A DNA stretch of 64,000 nt, from positions 10,726,001 to 10,790,000 of the forward strand of contig OZ024757.1 in the NCBI GenBank assembly GCA_964016885.1, read 5' to 3'. A program made the translations under genes and the position numbers. The notes beneath the pieces were generated by a model, which was given only the letters and a program-made list of their open reading frames with translations, ran no database searches and was not told the origin of the DNA. Below, in pieces: positions 54,801 to 62,455 of the stretch (positions within the stretch are counted from its first letter, which is position 1; every line of letters starts with the position of its first letter). Source of the DNA: Eledone cirrhosa. Taxonomy: Eukaryota.

Positions 54801-56808
54801 CGGTGGTGGTGGTAGTGTTGATGGTGGTGGCGGTGGTGGTAGTGTTGATGGTGTTCGCCGTGGTGGTAGTGTTGATGGTGGTGGCGGTGGTGGTGGTAGT
54901 GTTGATGGTGGTGGCGGAGGTGGTGGTAGTGTTGATGTTGATGGCGGTGGTGGTAGTGTTGATGGTGGTGGCGGAGGTGGTAGTGTTGATGGTGGTGGTG
55001 GTGGTAGTGGTAGTGTTGATGGTGGTGACTGTGGTGGCAGTGTTGATGGTGGTGGCGGTGGTGGTGGTAGTGTTGATGGTGGTGGTGGTGGTGGTGGTAG
55101 TGTTGATGTTGATGGCGGTGGTGGTAGTGTTGATGGTGGTGGCGGAGGTGGTAGTGTTGATGGTGGTGGTGGTGGTGGTAGTGTTGATGGTGGTGGTGGT
55201 GGTGGTACTGTTGATGGTGGTGGAGGTGGTGGTGGTAGTGTTGATGGTGGTGGCGGTGGTGGTGGTAGTGTTGATGGTGGTGGCGGTGGTGGTAGTGTTG
55301 ATCGTGGTGGTGGTGGTGGCAGTGTTGATGGTGGTGGCGGTGGTGATGGTAGTGTTGATGGTGGTGGCGGTGGTGGTGGTAGTGTTGATGGTGGTGGCGG
55401 TGGTGGTAGTGTTGATGGTGGTGGCGGTGGTGGTAGTATTGATGATGGTGGCGGTGGTGGTGGTAGTATTGATGGTGGTGGCGGTGGTGGTAGTGTTGAT
55501 GGTGGTGGCGGTGGTGCTGGTAGTGTTGATGGTGGTGGCGGTGGTGGTACTGTTGATGGTGGTGGCGGTGGTGGTAGTGTTGATGGTGGTGGCGGTGGTG
55601 GTAGTGTTGATGGTGGTGGCGGTGGTGGTAGTGTTGATGGTGTGGCGATGGTGGTAGTGTTGATGGTGATGGCGCTGGTGGTAGTGTTGATGGTGATGGC
55701 GGTGGTGGTAGTGTTGATGGTGGTGGCGGTGGTGGTGGTAGTGTTGATGGTGGTGGCGGTGGTGGTACTGTTGATGGTGATGGCGGTGGTGGTAGTGTTG
55801 ATGGTGGTGGCGGTGGTGGTAGTGTTGATGGTGGTGGCGATGGTGGTAGAGTTGATGGTGCTGGCGGTGGTGGTAGTGTTGATGGTGGTGGCGGTGGTGG
55901 TAGTGTTGATGGTGGTGGCGGTGTTGGTGGTAGTGTTGATGGTGGTGGCGGTGGTGGTACTGTTGATGGTGATGGCGGTGGTGGTAGTGTTGATGGTGGT
56001 GGCGGTGGTGGTAGTGTTGATGGTGGTGGCGGTGGTGGTAGTGTTGATGGTGGTGGCGATGGTGGTAGTGTTGATGGTGATGGCGGTGGTGGTAGTGTTG
56101 ATGGTGATGGCGGTGGTGGTAGTGTTGATGGTGCTGGCGGTGGTGGTAGTGTTGATGGTGGTGGCGGTGGTGGTAGTGTTGATGGTGCTGGCGGTGGTTG
56201 TAGTGTTGATGGTGATGGCGGTGGTGGTAGAGATGATGGTGGTGGTGGTGGTGGTAGTGTTGATGGTGGTGACGGTGGTGGTAGTGTTGATGGTGGTGGC
56301 GATGGTGGTAGTGTTGATGGTGATGGCGGTGGTGGTAGTGTTGATGGTGATGGCGGTGGTGGTAGTGTTGATGGTGGTGGCGATGGTGGTAGTGTTGATG
56401 GTGATGGCGGTGGTGGTAGTGTTGATGGTGATGGCGGTGGTGGTAGTGTTGATGGTGGTGGCGGTGGTGGTAGTGTTGATGGTGTTGGCGGTGGTTGTAG
56501 TGTTGATGGTGATGGCGGTGGTGGTAGAGTTGATGGTGGTGGCGGTGGTGGTAGTGTTGATGGTGGTGACGGTGGTGGTAGTGTTGATGGTGATGGCGGT
56601 GGTGGTGGTAGTGTTGATGGTGATGGCGGTGGTGGTGGTAGTGTTGATGGTGATGGCGGTGGTGGTGGTAGTGTTGATGGTGATGGCGGTGGTGGTGGTA
56701 GTGTTGATGGTGATGGCTTTCTCGATGATAAACCATCCAGTGTGTTTTAAAAACCAGGGCAGTTGTGTGTAGGAGAGTTGCCAAAACACTATGGAATGAC
56801 TCACAACA

Positions 56809-56841
<33 letters not shown>

Positions 56842-57062
56842 CACACACACGCGTATATATATATATATATATATACACATACTTACACATATATATATAC
56901 ATACATACAGACACATATATATATACGCACACACACACACATATATATATATACGCACGCGCACACACACACATATATATATATACACACGCACACACAT
57001 ATATGTATATACATATATACATACACACACACACACACACATATATATATACATATATATAT
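56809..57062. repeat. Compound (CA)n/(TA)n microsatellite
   Basis: Alternating CA and TA dinucleotide runs. Confidence 0.97.
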
Positions 57063-57101
57063 ATTATTCAGAATATTAATAAATGAAGACATTGACATAA
57101 T
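57061..57101. repeat. Left arm of an imperfect ~42-bp inverted repeat (partner 58263-58306)
   Basis: The reverse complement ATTATGTCAATGTCTTCATTTATTAATATTCTGAATAATAT aligns to ATTATATCAAAATGTACTTCATTTGTTAATATTCTGAATAATAT. Confidence 0.8.
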
Positions 57102-57109
57102 CAAAATAT

Positions 57110-57179
57110 ATGTTTTATTATATATATTTCGAAGGTACTGTGCTGTTTTTTCAGTACGTCCTCATCAGATAAAATACAT
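57110..57179 (-). ncRNA. Type I hammerhead ribozyme with a minimal palindromic stem III (Penelope/retrozyme-like)
   Basis: The minus strand reads AUGUAUUUUAU-CUGAUGA-GGACGUACUG-AAAAAACAGCA-CAGUACCUUC-GAAA-UAUAUA-UA-AUAAAACAU. This gives a complete core (CUGAUGA, GAAA, UH), a stem II closed by G10.1-C11.1, and stem I AUG[UA]UUUUAU/AUAAAACAU. Confidence 0.78.
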
Positions 57180-57205
57180 GAATTGATGTATGACATACCT
57201 CAACG

Positions 57206-57580
57206 AAGGTCCGACTTCCACACCGATCTCAAGCTGTGACACGCCGCCCAGGATTTACTCTTCCTCTCAACCACATCATCTTCCGTATTCCCAATCTTTG
57301 CTCCCAAATACAGGAAGCCCTCAACCAATTCTAGCTGCTTCCCGCCTACATTAGTGATCCCCTCTGGCTTCTCAACATTCTCTACCAGATATTTTGTTTT
57401 AGTCTCATTCATTCTCAGCCCCACACTCATCGACAGAGTCTCAACCTCCCGTATCAAATCCTCAGCCTCCTTCGCTGTATTTGTCACCAAAACTATGTCG
57501 TCGCCAAATTCAGCATCCGATACCTTTTTCGCCTTAACTCTCCTGCTCTGAGCCGGTGTTACAGTAAAGCCAGAGTCCTG
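57206..57580 (-). pseudogene. Reverse transcriptase fragment (catalytic-loop motif FGDD and thumb region), inverted segment of the RTE
   Basis: Open minus-strand frame with FGDD in the (Y/F)ADD position, followed by GLxMNxxKTK and FxYLG motifs. Confidence 0.88.
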
Positions 57581-57826
57581 GTGTTTCAGAGGAGACTGAG
57601 GTTAGCTGGACATGCTCGCCGACATCCAGAGTTGACATTGCACTCAGTGCTCCTGTGGGAGCCCCTACATGGACACACTGGAAGAGGAAGACCAAGGTTA
57701 ACGTATGTTGATGCCCTACGGACAGACACTGGTCTGTTCGAGACGCAGGACATGACAGCGATAATGAGGGACAGAGACCGCTGGAGAGAACTCGTCCATG
57801 GATCTCGGGAATTTTACCCGCCCTAG
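57581..57826 (+). pseudogene. RTE ORF C-terminal fragment
   Basis: RLRLAGH, RGRP and DRxxWR motifs typical of RTE C-termini; natural stop at 57824-57826 and almost no 3' UTR. Confidence 0.88.
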
Positions 57827-58068
57827 AGATACCTCAACGGTCTTGATGGTTCACTTCCAGTATTGGCAGTGATTTATTACAACAAATCTCAACATTTATA
57901 TGCCACAAATAATAACATTATAAACTTCAATTTAAGGAAGAAGAGGATATGGAGCGAGATATGGGTATAAGAAGGGGTGAGTATGAGGAAATGCAATTAT
58001 GAAATAAATAAATACATAGATACATAAATATTTAAATGCGTAAATATAGGTGTTAGGGAAGAAAAAGG

Positions 58069-58071
<3 letters not shown>

Positions 58072-58132
<61 letters not shown>
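58072..58132. repeat. Perfect (AG)n microsatellite, about 30 units
   Basis: Direct reading. Confidence 0.98.
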
Positions 58133-58135
<3 letters not shown>

Positions 58136-58262
58136 CGTAACGGCAAAAAAGAAAGAGAAATGATGTGTACCGTTGCTTTCAAATAGAAGCGACCAATTAA
58201 ATACCATGACATTTTAAAATATCTTTTGTATTTGGTTATGTTTAAGCTAATTATACTAATAT

Positions 58263-58306
58263 ATTATATCAAAATGTACTTCATTTGTTAATATTCTGAA
58301 TAATAT
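58263..58306. repeat. Right arm of the imperfect inverted repeat (partner 57061-57101)
   Basis: See left arm. Confidence 0.8.
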
Positions 58307-58397
58307 TAATAACTCCAGAAAACGTCATTGTAGAGTGCTTTTAATCTATTGTAAAACTATGTTCATTGAATAATCAATGAACCATATTAATCTTTGG

Positions 58398-58596
58398 TTA
58401 TATATATATATATAAATATATACACACATACACACACATATATATATATACATATATACACACACACACATATATATACACACACATACACACACACATA
58501 TATATATACACATATATACATACACACACATATATATATACACACACATACACATCCACATATATATATACATATATACATACACACACATATATG
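58398..58596. repeat. Compound (TA)n/(CA)n microsatellite
   Basis: Alternating TA and CA runs. Confidence 0.97.
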
Positions 58597-58599
58597 TAT

Positions 58600-59282
58600 G
58601 TATGGCTACCCGGCGTTGCCCGAGAAGAGAAAAAAACTCACGATTTCATTTTTTTTTTCCAATTCCTCTCATCCATTTAACCTTAATTCTAAACTACAAC
58701 CTTAACTCTACATGCTGCGGTGTAGTTGATAGTGGTGGTGGTGGTAGTGGTCTCAGTGTGTGTGTGTGTCTCTGTCTGTGTAGTTGTGTCTGTGTGTGTG
58801 TGTCTGTGTATGTCTGTGTGTGTTTTTTGTGTCTGTCCGTCTGTGTGTTTTTCTGTCTGTCTGTCTACCTGTGTGTGTCTGTGTGTCTGTGTGTGCCTGT
58901 GTATCTGTGCGTGTGTGTGTGTGTGTCTCTGTATGTGTGTGATTGTGTGTGTTGTGTGCGTGTCTGTGTGTGTCTGTGTGCGTGTGTGTGTGTGTCTCTG
59001 TATGTGTGTGACTGCGTGTGTCTGTGTGCGTGTGTGTGTGTGTGTGTGTCTCTGTATATGTGTGACTGTGTGTGTGTGTCTCTGTATGTGTGTGTCTGTG
59101 TGTCTGTGTGCATGTGTGTGTCTGTGTGCGTGTGTGTGTGTGTCTCTGTATCTGTGTGACTGTGTGTGACTGTGTGTGTGTGTCTGTGTGTCTGTGTGTC
59201 TGTGTGTGTGTCGGTGGGGAGTGGGGTGGGAGGCAGTGTATTCATACCTAAATCGAATACCCTCTGAAAAATATATATATAA
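58600..59282 (+). mobile_element. Possible non-autonomous Helitron/Helentron-like element carrying an internal microsatellite
   Basis: Begins with GCTACCCGGCGTTGCCCG, which from memory resembles termini of invertebrate microsatellite-carrying rolling-circle elements. It contains a GT/GTCT tract and ends near ATATATATAT. Termini are not canonical. Confidence 0.3.
58756..59212. repeat. Degenerate (GT)n/(GTCT) compound microsatellite
   Basis: Direct reading. Confidence 0.95.
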
Positions 59283-59335
59283 GCAATGTATGTATGTATG
59301 CACCCGTAACTCCTGAGTCGTAAGGGAGCTGCATT

Positions 59336-59787
59336 GACATACAGCGTTTCTTGGGCATTTAAACCACGCGGAGCCCATCTTGAGGAGCCCAGGGCTGACA
59401 TACAGCGTTTCTTGGGCATTTTAAGCCTCGCGGAGCCCATCTTGAGGAGCCCGGGGCCGACATACAGCGTTTCTTGGGCATTTTAAGCCACGCGGAGCCC
59501 ATCTTGAGGAGCCCAGGGCCGACATACAGCATTTCTTGGGCATTTTAAGCCACGCGGAGCCCATCTTGAGGAGCCCGGGGCCGACATACAGCGTTTCTTG
59601 GGCATTTTAAGCCACGCGGAGCCCATCTTGAGGAGCCCGGGGCCGACATACAGCGTTTCTTGGCCATTTTAAGCCACACAGAGCCCATCTTGAGGAGCCC
59701 GGGGCCGACATACAGCGTTTCTTGGCCATTTTAAGCCACGTGGAGCCCATCTTGAGGAGCCCAGGGCTGAGTACAGCAGATTTCTTC
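59336..59787. repeat. GC-rich 62-bp minisatellite, 7 full copies plus a partial copy
   Basis: Unit GACATACAGCGTTTCTTGGGCATTTTAAGCCACGCGGAGCCCATCTTGAGGAGCCCGGGGCC starts at 59336, 59397, 59459, 59521, 59583, 59645 and 59707, with a partial copy at 59769. Confidence 0.97.
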
Positions 59788-59825
59788 CAGACAAAGATAG
59801 AAAGTGAGCGAGAGGAAAACGAGAA

Positions 59826-59987
59826 AGATATAGTTTCTACTTTTCGCACAAGGCCAGCAATTACCCCAATGCATCACTGGTACTTTATTTAATTACCTCG
59901 TGAGGATGAAAGGCAAAGTTAACCTCGGCGAGATTTGAACTCAGAACGCAAAGGGCCATAACTATGCTGCAAAGCATGGTGTTTGAC
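59826..59987 (-). mobile_element. tRNA-derived SINE (octopus-type), copy 1
   Basis: Reverse-complement homologue of 60217-60383; B-box-like GTTCAAATCTC on the minus strand at 59930-59940; core GGATGAAAGGCAAAGTTAACCTCGGCG. Confidence 0.85.
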
Positions 59988-59995
59988 GTTAGGAA

Positions 59996-60050
59996 GAATC
60001 AACCCCAGTACTTGACTGGTACTTTTTTGATCGACCTCGAAAGGACGAAA
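59996..60050 (-). mobile_element. Fragment of the same SINE family
   Basis: CCCCAGTACTTGACTGGTACTTTTTTGATCGACCTCGAAAGGACGAAA parallels 59864-59911 of copy 1. Confidence 0.7.
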
Positions 60051-60216
60051 AACAACATTTGTTGATTCTTAAAGGAGCATAAATGGCTTATGGTGCCTTC
60101 CCGGACCCTGTCACATAAGGAGAGTTTTACGCTAATTAAATTATATATATTCAAATGAAGTTCAGATATAAAAAAATAAGCTTAAAAAGAATTTATTATA
60201 TCAAATATATTAGAGG

Positions 60217-60383
60217 GTCGGACGCCATGCTTTGAAGCATAGAGTTACAGCCCTTTATGATCTGAGTTCAAATCCCGCCGAGGTTAACTTTGCCTTTCAT
60301 CCTTACGGGGTCGATAAAATAAAGTACCAGTAATACACTGGAAATTGCTGGCCTTGTGCCAAAAAGTAGAAACAATTATATCT
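60217..60383 (+). mobile_element. tRNA-derived SINE (octopus-type), copy 2
   Basis: Pol III B box GTTCAAATCC at 60266-60275, followed by GAGGTTAACTTTGCCTTTCATCC...GGGGTCGATAAAATAAAGTACCAG. Family recognised from memory of Octopus repeats. Confidence 0.85.
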
Positions 60384-60704
60384 AATATACAAAAAATAAA
60401 ATATAGATGTTTGAATGAATTGGGAAAAAGTAGGGGGACAAAAGATGGTTTGTGCCCCGTTCCTGAAAAAAGTGTGTGTGGGGGTGGGGGTACCTGGTAC
60501 CCCCCTGAAACAACGCCCTTTCTCTCTCCCTCTCTACGCTCTCTCCTCTCCCTCCACCCCTCCCTCGGACACTGTACAAATCCCCCCCCCCCCGAAAAAC
60601 AATAAACAAAAAAATAAAAAACCCTGTGGAAATCTTAAGGGACAAAGACCCAGAATGAAAATTACATCCGAACCCTTGACCCCAGTAATAAAGATAAATA
60701 AGTC

Positions 60705-60800
60705 GGGTGTGTGTGTGTGAGGGGGGGGGGGGGGGGGGGCGTCTTGTTTCTTTATTATTATTATTTATTTATTTATTATTTATTTATTTTGTGTATTTTA
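60705..60800. repeat. Low-complexity cluster: (GT)n, G19 homopolymer (60721-60739), (TTA/TTTA)n
   Basis: Direct reading. Confidence 0.9.
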
Positions 60801-60904
60801 TTTGTTTTTGAAAACTAAAGGCGAGAATAGAAAAAATATCGCCCAAAACAAACACAAAATCAACAAAAACAAACAAAATGGAATTAAGTGGGTCAAACTG
60901 AAGC

Positions 60905-60956
60905 GTCTGTCTGTCTGTCTGTCTGATTGTTGTCTGGCTGTCTGTCTGTCTGTCTT
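60905..60956. repeat. Interrupted (GTCT)n microsatellite
   Basis: Direct reading. Confidence 0.9.
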
Positions 60957-61082
60957 TGATAGTAGACGTCTTGCACATCGGCTCTTCGATTTGGAATTTT
61001 ACTTGGATTATTTGTGAGTGTATTATTTAAATTGTTTTTTATTATTGACTCTAACCCATCGTCTGGGACTGTAGACGTAGGG

Positions 61083-61121
61083 TAAATATATTTTCACCCC
61101 TTTTGGGGTGAAAAATATTTA
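61083..61121 (+). other. Stem-loop just upstream of the probable ORF1 ATG
   Basis: TAAATAT(A)TTTTCACCCC-TTTT-GGGGTGAAAA-ATATTTA: 17-bp stem with one bulge and a 4-nt loop. Confidence 0.75.
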
Positions 61122-61128
61122 TTTCAAA

Positions 61129-62455
61129 ATGTTCATCGATATCGTTGAAAACGATATCGTCGAAAACGAGGAAGCCATATTGGAAGCTAACGCCACGCCT
61201 ACCAAAAAAAAAACAAAAAGAGGGAACAACAATTCAAACTGTTGAACAGCCCATCCTCTCGAATGAAAAAAAGAATATTAATTCGAATGAAAACGTAAAT
61301 TTTGAAAAAAATAACAAGAAAATAAACACCACAAAACATGAAACCAACAACATTGCAACAACAAGCAACAAAGACAACAACATTTCTTTTGCCCAAACGG
61401 TCAGGAAAACTATAGAGTACAAGCCAATAGACATCACAAACGCTAAGCAGAACTTGCTAAATGCCAGAAAATACATATCTTTTGGGGAGGATGGTTCTTT
61501 TACGATCAACTCTCCAGAAGAAGTTCACCAACAGGTATATAGGAATACCATAACCTTCAGAACGATATCCAACACAACAAGAAAGCCAGCTCAATTGACA
61601 GAAAGTCAAATTGAGCTGGTATTGAAAGACATTAAAGAAAACATACTTTTTATTGAAAGAGGAAAGCTGTATGCCAGCATTATGGTCCGAATGAAGGACG
61701 AAATGCTGGCTCAAAAATGCTCGGTGGCACCTATAGTGTCATCACAATACACCTTCTTCCCCACGTATAAAGGAAGAAGAACTCAGAGACTAAGAATGTG
61801 GAGCCCAACGCCAGAAGTTAACATCTGGTCCGTCCTGACAGAATTTACGGACCTAGAAAAGGACATCCTTATTTCAGCAGGGGAGTCCACCAGTGGACTG
61901 TTCGGGAGGAAAAGTCTGGAGGTTCTCTCACAGATGACACCTGAGAGAATCGCCGGAATACCCGACCGAGTCCTACTGGATGGGCGAACCTTCATAAATA
62001 TTACGGTGGAAGGCAGGAGACCCTCATGTTACCACTGCGCTGGCAGACGTCACCTGAGGACGGCATGCCCTCTAATAACAACAAAAAAAAACACTGCTAC
62101 AAACACCACAACAACAACAAAAACAACCAGCACCACCACCACAAAAACAACAAAATACACTACCATCACCACCATAACGACAACAAAAACCAACAACACC
62201 ACCTCCAGCACCACCACCACAACAACAACATCAACAACAGCTCAAGAAAATAACCCAAAACACGGTGCCACCCAGCCTCTCCCCACAGAACACAAATACA
62301 AAAACACACGCAGTTCATACACAACCCGGAAATATACCCCTCCCCTCCAATACGGAAGAGGAGCTCATATCGTCGGAAGACGAGGGGGCTCCCTTCCAAA
62401 AAGTGAAAAGATAAAAACGTACACACACCACACAAACAAAAATAACCCCACCTGA
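61129..62455 (+). pseudogene. LINE ORF1, gag-like nucleic-acid-binding protein with a CCHC zinc knuckle; frameshifted, and the native ORF probably extended further toward ORF2
   Basis: CYHCAGRRHLRTAC (CX2CX4HX4C) at 62027-62068. ATG 61129 (MFIDIVENDIVENEEAILE) joins the long frame if one A is removed from the A10 run at 61204-61213. Confidence 0.8.

Larger units (their letters stand above)
1..56717. repeat. Giant (GGT)n-derived tandem array, 27-bp core unit GGTGGTGGCGGTGGTGGTAGTGTTGAT with 21-33 bp variants; roughly 2000 units; open at the left window edge
   Basis: The AGTGTTGAT anchor recurs continuously, separated by GGN runs. The consensus unit is 15 G, 9 T, 2 A, 1 C. The array ends abruptly at ...GATGGC|TTTCTCG (56717). 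Unit count is estimated from length, not counted. Confidence 0.98.
57206..57828 (+). mobile_element. 5'-truncated, 5'-inverted RTE-clade non-LTR retrotransposon insertion with an 11-bp target-site duplication
   Basis: 57206-57580 (minus) encodes the RT fragment QDSGFTVTPAQSRR...DAEFGDDIVL...GLRMNETKTK...FLYLG...WKSDL. 57581-57826 (plus) encodes the RTE C-terminus RRLRLAGH...WEP...RGRPRLTY...DRDRWR*. Direct repeats ATACCTCAACG lie at 57195-57205 and 57829-57839. Confidence 0.9.

Noticed and set aside
1-56717. CRISPR array or telomeric repeat
   Set aside because: No unique spacers, no cas genes and a eukaryotic context; the unit is not TTAGGG-like. Occasional GCTGGTGG (Chi) matches are chance variants.
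6-56772. Poly-Val ORFs (MVVAVVVVL)n up to 8208 aa
   Set aside because: Uninterrupted hydrophobic sequence with no plausible fold; a passive reading of the repeat, broken by TAG variants and frameshifts.
58679-58711. AACCTT/AACTCT hexamer-like run suggesting interstitial telomere sequence
   Set aside because: Too short and degenerate; no exact AACCCT unit.
56763-59440. Short Cys/Val/Tyr/Ile- or His/Thr-rich ORFs
   Set aside because: Translations of CA/TA/GT/AG microsatellites.
60255-60290. tRNA gene suggested by the B box
   Set aside because: No cloverleaf; it is the head of a SINE.
60486-60504. Palindrome GGGGGTACC-T-GGTACCCCC
   Set aside because: Short, built largely of G and C runs in low-complexity sequence, with no supporting context.
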